64,000 bases of DNA from Podarcis vaucheri. Lineage: Eukaryota. Where the stretch lies: the NCBI GenBank assembly GCA_965113315.1, contig OZ220369.1; one strand, written 5' to 3'. The translations under genes and the position numbers were made by a program. Position 1 is the first letter of the stretch; every line of letters begins with the position of its first letter. Below, one piece after another: positions 50,158 to 62,505 of the stretch. Below the pieces are notes generated by a model. The model was given only the letters and a program-made list of their open reading frames with translations, ran no database searches and was not told where the DNA came from.

Positions 50158-53100
50158 GGATGAAAGGAGAGGATCTTACGACTATGCTGCTGACCGTACC
50201 TACTATGAGGCTGTTCGCACCCCAGGAACATATCCAGAAGATCCTCGGAGAGAATATCCAGCCCGTAGCAGGGAGTTTTATGCTGACTGGGATCCTTACC
50301 AAGCAGAGTATTACGACCCACGGTATTACGACGACCCACGGGAATACAGAGATTACAGGGGTGACCCTTATGAGCAAGACATAAGAGAGTATAGTTACAG
50401 GCAACGGGAGCGGGAGCGATTTGAATCAGACCGGGACCATGAAAGGAGGCCCATTGAAAGGAGCCAAAGCCCAGCTCACTCCCGGCGGCCCCAAAGCCCT
50501 GGAGCATCTCCCTCCCAATCAGAGAGGCTGCAGAGCGATTCTGAGCGGAGGATCTACAGCCGTTCCTCGGAGCGGAGCGGCAGCTGCAGCTCCCTCTCCC
50601 CACCCCGCTATGACAAGCTGGACAAAGCCCGCCTCGAGCGCTACACAAAAAGCGAGAAGCCCGAAAAAGAGCGGGCCTTTGAGCAAGAGAGAACGGACAA
50701 AGACAAGCGCCTGGTAAGGAAGGAGAAACCAGAAAAACCTGAGAAGGATAAAGCGGAGAAGCAGAAACGGAGGGCCAAAAATCATTCTCCCAGCTCTCAG
50801 TCGTCGGAAACAGACCCAGAAACCGAACGGGAGCCCACCCCTGAGAAGGTCAAAGGCAGCAGCAAAGGGAGTCGGGAGAGAGCAGATAAAGAAGGAGCTG
50901 CGAAGAACCGCCTGGAGCTGATGCCATGTGTCGTGTTAACACGAGTCAAGGAAAAGGAAGGGAAAGTAATCGAACAGCCTGCTTTGGAAAAGCTGCGTGG
51001 GAAGCAAGAAAACGACACGCTCAAGTCTCCTTTGCTTGAACAAAAAATGCAGATTTCTCAGGCAGACCAAACCAAGTCAGAGCAGCTGAAATTTGAACCC
51101 GCCCGAGTGAAAGTGCCAAAAGAGAAGGTGCTTGCCAGTCACATTGAAGTGGTCGAGAAGGATGCAAAACTGAAGCCTAAGAAGCACCTGAAGGCAGAGC
51201 TGCCCAGTGAAGTGACTAACCCAGTAGATCTAGAAAAGCTGGAAGCTCGCAAAAGACGCTTTGCGGATGCAAACCTCAAGCCAGATAAGCAAAAAATGGA
51301 CTTTAAAAGGAGTAGTCAGGAGGAGGAGGAAGCGCGTGTGGTTTTGAAAAAGCAGATTGAGTTAACAAGTAGTGAATCTGAGAGAAAGCCCTTGAGGAAA
51401 GAGACTCTTAAAAGGGAATCCAAGAAAACCAAGCTGGAAAGGCTTTCCTCGGTGACCAGCCCCAAGGAAGCTCAAGAGCCAGCCAGTATTTCTCTGGGGA
51501 TTGGTTTACGGCCCAGTTTAGAGCTGCAGGCTAGGCTTGGGGAGCTACTTGAGGAACCTGGGGAAGCCCCTGAGATCCCTGTAAGGAAGGTCAACTCCAT
51601 CAAATTGCATCACAAGCATACACAGCTGTTAGATGACCAAGGAACTGAGCGAGAGGACACATGGAAAACCTACTGCAGTCTTCCCGATGAAGTGCCCGAC
51701 CACAAGCTAGCTCAAGAGAAGCCTCCATCATCCGATATTGAGAAGATTCCCATTGACATTGATCACACGCAGAGTTATCGGAAGCAAATGGAGCTGAGTC
51801 GCAGGTTGAAGCAGCAAATGGAAATGGAAATTGCAAAGCACGAGAAGTTTGGCAGCCCAAAGAAAGACCTTGATGAGTATGAGAGGCGTAGCCTGGTGCA
51901 TGAAGTGGGGAAACCCCCGCAAGATGTGACAGACGACTCTCCTCCCAGCAAGCGGAAGAAATCCTCTGACGCTTTCGACTTTGAAATTAGCACAAAGAGA
52001 GAGAGAAACTACAGGAGCTCTCGGCAGGTGAGCGAGGACTCTGAAAGGACGGCCTGTTCCCCTAGCCTCAGGCCCTTCCCTTTCCATGAGGATGAGGAGA
52101 TGCTGGAGTCCCCGAGGCTGGTGCCTGTGAAAGAAACCAAAGAGTCACCTAAAATGGATGAAAAGGGTCCTCCATATTCTAATGTGGCTGTAAGGGAGGA
52201 TTCTTTGAAATTTAACCCCTACGACTCCAGTCGAAGAGAGCAGATGGTAGAAATGGCTAAAATAAAACTATCTTCTGTGAGTTGTGAGGAGGAATTGAAC
52301 CGATGGGAGTCCCAAGTGAAGCAAGAGCCTGGGAGGGTGGACATCACCTTCCCAAGCAGCATTGTCAAGAGAGATGGCATAAGGAAGCGGTCAATACGGG
52401 ATCTGGAGCCAGGAGAGGTGCCTTCAGACTCTGACGATGACGGCGATAATAAAGCCCATTCTCCAAAAACCCCTTCATTGCTGGAGAGCTCCAGGTTGTC
52501 TTTTTTATTACGGGACAGGGAAGAGAAGCTTCGTGATCGAGAGGAGAGGCTGCCAACCTCTTTGGAAAGGAACAAGTTTTATTCCTTTGCATTGGACAAG
52601 ACAATCACTCCTGACACAAAGGCCTTGCTTGAGAGAGCCAAGTCTCTCTCATCCTCCAGAGAAGAGAACTGGTCTTTCCTTGATTGGGACTCGAGATTTG
52701 CTAATTTTAGGAACAATAAGGACAAAGAGAAAGTGGATTCTGCTCCAAGGCCTATCCCCTCGTGGTATATGAAAAAGAAGAAAATCCGAACCGATTCTGA
52801 AGGGAAGCTGGATGATAAGAAGGAAGACCACAAGGAGGATGAGCAAGAGAGGCAGGAGCTCTTTGCTTCGCGCTTCCTGCACAGCTCCATCTTTGAGCAG
52901 GACTCGAAGCGCCTGCAACACTTGGAAAGGAAAGACGAAGACCTTGACTTCCTCTCTGGTAGATTGTACGGCCGGCAGGCATCCCTGGATGGGAACATTG
53001 GCATGTCAGACTTTGTGCCGGAGCCAGTGGTTCTCTTCCACAGCAGGTTTGTGGAGCTCACAAGAATGCAACAAAAAGAAAAGGAGAAAGACCAGAAGCC

Positions 53101-56100
53101 CAAAGAAGCAGAAAAGCAGGAGGAGAAGGAGAGTCAGCCCAAAAGCCCAGAAGCAGCAGCGCCTGAGGACAAAGTGGCAGAGCATAAGAATCTGCTTTCA
53201 GCTGGGCCATTTCCAGCTGCTCTTGTACTCCAAGAACCAGGGCCAGCCATGCCGGAAAAGGTCACGAACGAGAAGTTGCCGGTCATTGCGCCCTCTTTGA
53301 GAGAAGAGAAGCCTCTGCTAGAACTTGGTCCTGTGGCTGAAGAACCAAAGCCTCTTCCAGAACTCCTTGCTGCTGTCAAAACTGAACCACCTGAGCATAT
53401 GGAAGCACCGCCAGGAATAGACAGCAACAAGGACCCTGCTCTTTCTGCAGCAACTCCTCCTGAGGAAGACTCTGTATCCCTAGTGCACCCTTCCTATTTG
53501 GACACAAAGCCACCCACGCCCGGATCTTCCTTCTCTCAAGCGGACATCTGCACAGATCCAGAACCTGAAATAATCCCACCACCACCACCACCACCACTCA
53601 AACCAGCAGCAAGGTCCGAGGAACTGCCTGAGCTGAAAGAAGAAAATGTTTCACCATCTCTGAACTCTGAGGCTGGTGCAGGGCAGAAAGCAGAGCCAGC
53701 TGTGGAGGTCCTGCCTCCAGTCTCCGACACGGAGATGGAAGCAGAACCACTTGTTGTCATCAAAGACAAGAAGCCGAACAAGAATAAACGTTCCAAAAAC
53801 CCTGTCCAGACTTCGGTTGCAAATGTTGCAGAGAAGCCTGTCACAAGGAAGAGTGAAAGGATTGACCGCGAGAAACTTAAAAGGTCGGGCTCTCCCCGCG
53901 GGGAAGCACTGAAGGTGGAAACAGAGAAGGTTTCCCGAAACGCTGCTAAATCTCCAAGTGCTGCACCAGAGCTGGAAAACCCAGAGCCTAGCTTGCCAGT
54001 GGGCAGGACAAGGCGCAGGAATGTGCGGTCAGTTTATGCCACCACAGGGGACCACGAAGGCCCATCGCCTATGAAGGATACTCTGGAGGTCACCAGATCT
54101 ACCAGGAAAAGGGTTGAAAGGGAGCCACCAGACTCTGCCTTGACTCCAACCCCTCCAAGAAGAGGCAGGCCTCCCAAATCCCGTCGCAAGCCTGAGGAGG
54201 AAGTCTCTCCCGTGAAGGTTGAACCAGCTCAGCCAGAGGTAGAAGAAGCAGAATCAAAAGAGATGTTGGAAGTCCCGAAACCTGTGGAGGGGTGGAGGTC
54301 ACCTCGATCCCAGAAGCTGGCACACAGCCACTCTCCAGCAGCCAGCACTCCTCAAGCCAAGAAAGGGGGGAAGAACGAGTCGAAGGTTGAGAATTTGGCG
54401 GAGCCAGAAGAGACCCCTGACCTCTCTGGCCAAGGCTCGAATGGAAGTGAAAACGGTAACAAACCCAAGGTGGAGAAAGAGCCTCTTCTGAGCGACCAGA
54501 AGCGAGAGAGGAAAGAAGTCGAGCTGGAGAAAAATGTCCCCGAAGCCTGCACTGTTGAGATTGTGGAAAGAAAGCCTGTCTCTGAGAGAACTCCAAAGTC
54601 CAAACGTGGAAGATCCAGGAACGTCAAGGCTGTCGATAAAGCCTCCTTGATGAAGAGCTTGAAAAGCGTTGAAATCCGGCTTAATGTGGATGAAGTCAAA
54701 GGTGCTTTGCGGCCCAGCGAAGAGGACACGGAGCCTGTGCCAGCATCGTCCCCCAAGAACAAAAGTCCCCGGAAGGAAGACAAATTGTCACCCCATTTCA
54801 TAAAGACAGAGGCAGAAGACCCCTTCCAGGAAGCAGAGAAAGATCTGGCTTGTGAGTCGACACAGTCTCCTGAAGCAGACCAGCTGGCCAAGCAGATCGA
54901 ACTGGAGCAGGCCGTGGAGAACATTGCAAAGCTCACCGAAAGCCAGACGATTGCAGCCTACAAGGAACAGGCGGCTGAAGTGTCAGACGTTCGCCCGGAG
55001 GAAGACGGGGACAAGCCTGCTCATCAGGCCAGCGAAACAGAACTCGCAGCTGCCATCGGCTCCATCATCTATGACATCTCTGGAGAGGCTGAAAGTTTCC
55101 CTGCTCCACCAACGTATCCTACCGAATCCGAATCAGAAATGCCCGCAGAACCGTTGGTGCTGCCGCCCGCGCGAGAAGAGATGGAGCCTGAAACTGATCA
55201 AGCCGTGAGCAATATCTTGGAGTCGGAAGCCACTTCAGTTGAGCCGCCTGCCCCACCAGGCCCTGGCACTGCCCCAGAGGCAGACTCTGCCAAAGAGGCG
55301 GAAGTGAGTGTGAGCGAATCCTCCAATTCGGCACAAGAAGCAGAAACCTTGCAAGAGGCCGACATGGCTCGGAAGGAACGGGGCCGCCAGAAAACCACCC
55401 GGCCGAGGCGCAAGCGGAGCACAAGCAAGAAAGGGGATACAGCAGCAGAACCGAGGACTGTTGAGCCCGAACGAGTACAAAGCAAATCTCCAGTGGCCAA
55501 CGAGGTTAAAGGGAAGTCAGAAGGAGCCTCGAAGGAAGAGAGTCAAGAGAAAAGCTCTCCTCTGGCTTCCCAGCCGGGTCCCCCTGATGCCAGCAAGGCT
55601 GCACCCCTGGAGGGGGCTTCTCCAGAACCTCCTGTGGCAGACAGCATCCCCCCGCCCAAAGCAGTGGACCTGCTATCTCCGTCAGTTCCTGTTGAAGAGG
55701 TGAGCCAGAGCACCTTCAAACTACAGCCGGGGGCTGACAGTGCTCCAGTGACTCCTCCGCCAGGCACCCCCAATACACCTCTGCCAGTAGCAACCCCATC
55801 TTCAGCTGCAGCAAAGCCTGTCTGCGCTGGGTCTGCCCCCCTTCACTCCAGCACAGCAAAGGTGACTGAGTGGATTGTGAAGCACGAGGAGGCCCGGGCC
55901 CGCTCCACCCCACCGCCGGCTCTGCCCCCTGACACAAAGGCATCAGATATAGACACAAATTCCAGCACTTTGAGGAAAATATTGATGGAGCCCAAGTACG
56001 TCTCTGCAACCAGCGTGGCATCAACAACGCATGTCACGACTGCCCTAGCCGAGCCTGTGAGTTCACCTCGTCTGCTAGAGGAAGATCCTCCGCACCCTCC

Positions 56101-58036
56101 AGCAGAGGTTGTCCGGCCAGGATCAGAAGAGAAGCCAGCTGTCCCAGCCATGAACGCTTTGGAGCCGCCAGTTGCAGAGGCCCCTGTTTTCACCGAGAAA
56201 GAGAAGGTCATCACTGTCATTGCTCCCAAGGCCACTTCTGTGATAAGCAGGATGCCTCACAGCATTGACCTCGAGGAAACCCCGCGGATAACCCTGGTGA
56301 AGCAAGCGCCCCAGACGTGCCTAGTCAACGCCCTCTCGCCAAAATACAAGCAGAGGCCAAGCACCAATGACAACAGCCGGTTCCATCCGGGATCCATGTC
56401 TGTAATTGAAGATCGGCCGGTGGAGACAGGGTCCAGCCCCGGTCTTCGCGTCAACACCTCAGAAGGAATCGTGCTCCTGAGCTATTCCCAGCAGAAGACA
56501 GAAGGCCAGCAGCGGATCACAGCAAAGATCAGCCAGATCCCCCCAGCAAGCGCAGTTGACATTGAATTCCAGCAGTCGGTGTCCAAGTCCCAGATCAAGC
56601 AAGAGCCCCTTGGCCCCTCTCAGCCAATCCCAAAGGGCTCTCAGACGCCAACGGGGTACGGGAGTGTCTCAGCCCCATCGTCCCTTCTGCTGGGAGCTCA
56701 GCAGTACAGCCCTTCCCCTGTACTTTCATCCATTAAGCAGGAACGGGGCAGCTTGGAAAAATCTGAGCCCCTGCACCTCTCTGTCCAGGCACCCACTTCT
56801 CAGTCAGGGCCAGTCAAAGTCCTTTCCCAGTCTGCCAACACTCCATCCATCCTCGTCCACAACCAGATGGTGCTCCCACAGAGCATTGCTTCTTCCACCA
56901 ACAAAAAGCTTCCAGACCCAGGTGCCCTGAAAGTGGAGACCAAGACTCTTCAGCCGTCGAGCTTGAGCCCCGGGGTTGGGCCTCATCACCCTTCCTTGTC
57001 TAGCAAGATACACCCAGAGGCCAATCATGTGAGTGCAGGGCCCAGCACCCCAGCAGAGCGGGTGGTGTCTCACTTGGGGGTCACAAAGCAGGAGCCCCTC
57101 TCTCCGCGGACAAGCGGGCACTCTCCGTCTCCCTTCCCAAGGGCTTGTCATCCGGGCGGCCCTTCTTCCCCAGCCCTGTCTGGAAACAACTCCATGCTAG
57201 GGATCCAGGGGTCTCCTTGCCCTGGGATCCCAGTGCCTCAGTACATCTCCAGCATGCACCCCGAGCAGTCTGTGATCATGCCCCCCCACAGTGTCACCCA
57301 GACGGTCTCCCTGGGGCACCTCTCGCAAGGAGAGGTTAGGATGAACACCCCTCCTCTGCCAGGCATGCCTTACAGCATCCGCCCTGAAGCGCTGCACTCC
57401 CCAAGGGCGGCTCTGCAGCCGCAGCGGTCCAGCACGCCGCAGCCAGCCCCCATCCGAGAGATCGTCATGCCACCTCTGTCTTCCCAGCATTCCTCGGAAG
57501 AGGAGATGCACTACCACCACACGGTGTGCCGGGGCTCCGCCCCCGTGCAGTCGGACGTGCTCGTCATGCAGCCAGACTACCGCTTGCACCCCTCCGGCAT
57601 TCGGCTTGATCAGTACAACGTGCCCCGGGACGTGCGGATGATGATGCACCCGCACATGGCTGCAGTGGGAGGCGACCACCACCCAGAAACCCGGCAGTCC
57701 CGCACGCCAGAAGGGAGGTCTGTGAAGACGCCCCCCGCCACAAAGACTCTCCCGTCAGGCAAAGAGGCACCCAAGGCCTCGGAGGTCAAGATGGCTCACT
57801 CCCCCCACAGCGAGCCCCGCCTCCTCAGCGGCCAGCTGCCAGGACTGCCTCTGACGCAACCAGTTGTCGTCCCTCACGGCGTGCAGATCATGCACCCGGC
57901 GGGCACCTCCTTCCACGATTACAGGACGGTCTACGGGGACATGAGGAGCTACCACCCAGCGGCTCAGCTAGGCCACCCTCAGTTTTCCGGGGCCTCGCCA
58001 ATCGGGCTGCCTTCTCGGAGTATGACCCCCTCTCAG
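50158..58036 (+). CDS. SPEN: SPEN exon 11 (7,879-nt giant exon; nuclear-receptor interaction region and RBPJ-interaction domain)
   Basis: Acceptor ttggcAG|GGATGAA. The frame is open from 50159 and is the same frame as ORF 50921..58063. Donor CAG|GTAAGC. Contains ELAAAIGSIIYDISGE and the RBPJ-binding-type segment GLRVNTSEGIVLLSYS (~56441-56490). Confidence 0.96.
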
Positions 58037-58325
58037 GTAAGCCAAAGGCACTGGGATCAATAGGTGGGATGCTTCTGCGTCTTGTACCACCTTGGAGACT
58101 AGTAGCGTTTAGGATGGCTTCATAAGCTTTTGTGGACCAGATTCCATGTCTCCAGGTGTCATAGTGATTGAGAAAAATGCAGTCTGCAAAATGTGTGCAA
58201 AAAAGAAAATCTTGTTCATTGCAAGCTGCTTAGTGAAGTGGGTTCCTCTTTAACTGAGGTCCCTGATGTTGACCCACAGCACCCTCAAACTCCTCTTATG
58301 GTGCATGCTAAGGCTCCTGTGCCTC

Positions 58326-58327
<2 letters not shown>

Positions 58328-58359
<32 letters not shown>
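58328..58359 (+). repeat. (GT)n microsatellite in intron 11
   Basis: Seen directly. Confidence 0.95.
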
Positions 58360-58360
<1 letters not shown>

Positions 58361-59343
58361 GGGGGGGGTTTGTCTGCTGTGTTTTTATTTTGAGGTGTGT
58401 GGAGTTTTCCCCATCTAGTTGTTTTGGGGTCAGGGAAGCATTCTGAGCACCACCCTTCTTTCTTCTGTGAAATCCGTATTTTGTGGTGCCCACAACAGTA
58501 TCAAAAGTGCCCCTGGGCCCCAAAAGGTTAGGGGTCCCTGTGTTGCAAGACTGGCTGTTGTGTTTGCTGCAAGAGACCCAGGTGGGAATTGGCTCCTGTT
58601 CTTTGACATGCCCGGAATCGGACTCCTTCCTCTCCGCAGCCTGGGAGTTGCTCTGCCTGCCCGTCTGCCTTGGGAGTAGGGTGTGCATCTTCCAGGCTGC
58701 CTGTGGCAAGGAAGTGAAGTGCCACCAGCAAGTCCCTCCTTTTATCTTCCGTTCCCACCCCTCCTCCCAGCTTCCAAGCCTGCTCTTGGCTTGTGTATAA
58801 AAACATTTTGGGATTGATGCAGCTGGGATGTGTGTGGCAAGTTCTTGCATGGCTGGGAGGCATGTACCTCAGAAGGAAGTGGAGTGTGCCAGCAGCAGCT
58901 ACCACAAGCATTTGATGCACAGGGTAGCAGGTCACAGGGAGTGTTTTTGGGGTCCTGCAGTGGTCCTTTATTTGTAGCTGTGTGGCGACAGATGTGGGGG
59001 CTTGGAAATCAGGGTCCCGGAAACCAGAGAAGGCTCCTCTGGAAACCAGAACCACCGCCACAGAGGCAGGTTATGGCTGAGCATGCAGACATCCTTGAGG
59101 AGGAGCCATTGTTGAAGACCCTAGGGATAGAAGCCACAAGTTTTTTTAATCTAGAATGATAAACCTGCACTAGTTTGCTTTTCTGGGGAGAGGGTGTGGT
59201 GGTGTTTCTGAGAGCTTGGGAGTTTGCGGCTCCTTTGCTGCCTGCCAGAGCCCTCTTTCAGAGAGCAGGCACAAGGAAGGCAGGAAAAGACCAGTGTTTC
59301 CTCCTCCTCCAACACGCCCTGATTTTGTTTTTGGGCCTCTCAG

Positions 59344-59757
59344 GGTCTGCCAGAAGGGGAACACACCCACCCCAGCCAGCCGGCTCATAGCAAGACTCCC
59401 CAGCACACCCAGGAGCCCAAGGGAGCCCAGGCGGCAGGACCAGACCCCACTCACCACCCCGTGGCTGTCAACCGGCACGTCCAGCAGATCGACCCCCACT
59501 TGCACCTTCAGCGCAGCCAGGCGGACGCAGGCCAGACCTCCTACCCGTCTCCCGTCGCTATCTCTGTCAAGCAGGAACTCCCATCCCCACATCAGGCCCC
59601 AGTGCAGAAGCCGGCGCTCTTTATCCCAACCACCTCTGGGCCTGGGGCTCCTCCGGGGCTGCCCCTCTCCCGGCCCGAGCCCCAGTCGGTGCTCAAGCAA
59701 GACCTTGCACCTCATCCTGTTTCCCAGAGACCGGTGGACATGGTCCAGCTGCTGACC
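59344..59757 (+). CDS. SPEN: SPEN exon 12 (414 nt; Pro/Gln-rich, start of SPOC)
   Basis: Acceptor cctctcAG|GGTCTG, donor ACC|GTGAGT; ends ...QRPVDMVQLLT. Confidence 0.92.
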
Positions 59758-60240
59758 GTGAGTTTTCTGTGCTGGCTTTTGATTGAATTATTGTTGGGGG
59801 GGGTGCAGATGGCGGGGGGAGGCCTGGTGATGAACATTCAGTTGGGAAAGGGGGGTGCAAGCAGGAAGCGAGGGGCTGGTTGTGAAGGAAGAGGGCCCTG
59901 AGTGGGCCACAGAGGCTGGGCTCTGGCAGGGAGGCACTCGCCAATCTTGCACCTAGTTGTTGAAAGCTCCAGGGGTGGGGAATCCTTTTGGTCAAAGGGC
60001 CCCAGGCAACTTCCTGGGGGCCGCATGTCACCGATGGGCAGGGCCAGAGGCAAATGTGCATGGGGCAAGGATACATTTCAGCTGGGCAAAAACACGATGG
60101 GTTTGGGGGGTGCATTTGGGGGCTGGGCCTGAGGTCGCCCCCTCCAACTCTGCCCTGCTTCCTTGCAGTTATTCCATGGCTTTCGTCATTCACACTGAAG
60201 TATTCTCTCTCTCTCTGCCACCCCACCCCCCAATTTGCAG

Positions 60241-60435
60241 AAATACCCCATTGTCTGGCAGGGGCTCCTGGCCTTGAAGAACGACACGGCGGCCGTCCAG
60301 CTGCACTTCGTCTCTGGCAATAACGTCCTGGCACACCGCTCCTTGCCAGCCCCTGAAGGGGGACCTCCCCTGAGGATTGCTCAGCGCATGAGGCTGGAAG
60401 CGTCGCAGTTGGAGGGCGTGGCGCGCAGGATGATG
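60241..60435 (+). CDS. SPEN: SPEN exon 13 (195 nt; SPOC domain)
   Basis: Acceptor ttgcAG|AAATAC, donor ATG|GTAAAT; encodes KYPIVWQGLLALKNDTAAVQLHFVSGN...LRIAQRMRLEASQLEGVARRMM. Confidence 0.96.
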
Positions 60436-60780
60436 GTAAATGGCTGGAGCAAGAGGCTCCTTTCTGAGGAGGGTCTTGCGCCTGCTTAGTCCGCTTGGCA
60501 CGTCTACATTGGATTCCAGCCGCTCAAAGCGTCTGTGAGACCAGGCTTCAGAGGCCTGTTCAATCTGGAGCAGAATTGCACATTGCAGGACTGAGCATGG
60601 CTGCGTCCTGTGGGGAAAGCAGGGGTTGTTCATCAATGCACATGAAATTACGTGTGCTGATGGATGTGCTTTTGCAGGCGCCTGGAATATATGGCGCTGG
60701 TTCCTTGGGAATGCAGGGATGGGGCAGCAAAGCACGTTCACATGAGATGTGCTCTTCAGGGGTCTTGTCCTGCCTTCCAG

Positions 60781-60939
60781 GTGGAGAGCGACTATTGCCT
60801 GCTGCTGGCCTTGCCTTGTGGACGAGACCAAGAGGATGTTGTGAACCAGACGGAGTCGCTCAAGGCAGCCTTCATTAGCTACCTGCAAGCCAAGCAAGCC
60901 GCTGGCATCATCAACGTTCCCAACCCCGGCTCCAACCAG
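60781..60939 (+). CDS. SPEN: SPEN exon 14 (159 nt; SPOC domain)
   Basis: Acceptor ttccAG|GTGGAG, donor CAG|GTATGG; encodes VESDYCLLLALPCGRDQEDVVNQTESLKAAFISYLQAKQAAGIINVPNPGSNQ. Confidence 0.96.
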
Positions 60940-61348
60940 GTATGGGGAAGGGAGAGAAAGATGGGTTTGTTTCCTCCCCATAATGTGTTTAAATGCGAGG
61001 ACTTATTTGGCTGTTGTTAGAATGCAGTGCCTGAGCATATGCAGAACGCATTTCCCTCACCACTGTGTGAGACTTGTCTACACCTGCTCTTCCAGGCAGG
61101 CTTGAGAGACATCCCCACCACATCTCTCCCGCTCCCCAGCTATGCTTTGTTCTTTTGGGGATGCCACAGCTGAACTTGCGAAGCAGCAGCAAGGTGGAGC
61201 CTGTTGAGTTCGATTCACAGGAGCCCAGGCCTTTCAGCACAAGTGGCTGAGGGTCTGCCCTTTGTGCTCCTGCCTGGGGCGAATGTGTTGGCCATTGAGA
61301 GCTTGTGTGGTCACCCTTTCCCTCTCCTTTGTGTTTTCTCTATTCCAG

Positions 61349-61480
61349 CCTGCCTACGTCCTACAGATCTTCCCACCCTGTGAGTTCTCCGAGAGTCACC
61401 TCTCCCGCCTCGCCCCAGACCTCCTCGCCAGTATCTCAAACATCTCTCCTCACCTGATGATTGTCATTGCATCGGTCTGA
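61349..61480 (+). CDS. SPEN: SPEN exon 15 coding part (132 nt; end of SPOC, TGA stop)
   Basis: Acceptor tattccAG|CCTGCC; encodes PAYVLQIFPPCEFSESHLSRLAPDLLASISNISPHLMIVIASV*. Confidence 0.96.
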   Translation, partial: PAYVLQIFPPCEFSESHLSRLAPDLLASISNISPHLMIVIASV

Positions 61481-62143
61481 GTGGCTTACAGTTACGGACT
61501 TCTTTCTCCAAGGCCCTACAGCAAAAACAGAGAGACCGTGAATGACGAAGGAAGGGAGGATGGACGGAAGGGATTGGACCCTCCTGCCCAAAACTCTGGC
61601 TTTGTAGTGGCCGCCATTCTACCTTGTATGTTTACATATTGCTCTAGTGAAGACGGACACCTGAGGCACTTCAACGAGGCAGACTGGTCCTGGGAGCTGG
61701 TGCCTCCTTGGGGGAATGAAAGGAAGGCTATTTTTTTTTACTTACGAAATAACTTAAAAACAAAAAGAGGAGGAGGAACCAGAACTGCCTTTGCACTAAA
61801 TCAGTGACTTTGGACCTTTGCACAGTTAAAGATTTGTTGTGGCGTTCAGGGTGGATGTCTCGATACACGCACGAACTTGCGTTGTGGACTTAGAAAACGC
61901 AGGACCTGGGAACTTCCGCTCCAGTCTGCGGGTCAAGGAGCATTTCACGATGCGTCTCCCCACTCCTTCTCCCGGATGACCCCGCGCGCTGCCCCCCTCC
62001 CCCAATGCTGCAGTTGCCTCCTCTTCCTCCTCCATCATCTGGGATGTACAGTTTACACTGAAGCAAAGCAAAACACAAAAGGGAGAGAACTATTTCCCTT
62101 CCTGGTGGGATATGCAGGACTCTGTGGGTGTGTGTACATAGAA

Positions 62144-62185
62144 ATATATATATATATATAATATATATATATATATAAATATATA
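62144..62185 (+). repeat. (AT)n tract in the SPEN 3' UTR
   Basis: Seen directly. Confidence 0.92.
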
Positions 62186-62499
62186 ATACTGACTTTAAAA
62201 AGAAATCTGATCCCCACAACATACTTTTTTTTAATCTGTGCCAAAAAATGTGTTTTCAGAGAAAATCTTATTTTCATACTCAGACTTTGTATTTGTCACT
62301 CATTTGTAAGTGTGCTTCATTTAGACATTGCCGCCTCCTACCCGCCTCTCCCTGTTCCTTCACATGTGGAAGTGTTATACACTTGTACAGACTTTTTATC
62401 TCCTCCTCCTCCTCCTGTCCTTGTCGTCCTAACAATTAATTTATGGAAATGTTTTCTCAGCGCCGTTTTGTTTTGTGTGTCCATTGGATTACAAACTTT

Positions 62500-62505
62500 A
62501 TTAAA
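62500..62505 (+). terminator. Poly(A) signal ATTAAA of SPEN
   Basis: acaaactttATTAAAaaatacaagaca, followed ~20 nt later by a GU-rich tract. Confidence 0.7.

Noticed and set aside
50921-58063. 2,380-aa ORF as a stand-alone gene starting at MPCVVL
   Set aside because: The frame is open from the acceptor at 50158 and leaves by a donor at 58036; it is SPEN exon 11, not a single-exon gene.
50012-60981. Many 60-260 aa antisense and alternate-frame ORFs over exons 11-14
   Set aside because: Expected shadows of GC-rich, biased coding sequence; no recognisable domains.
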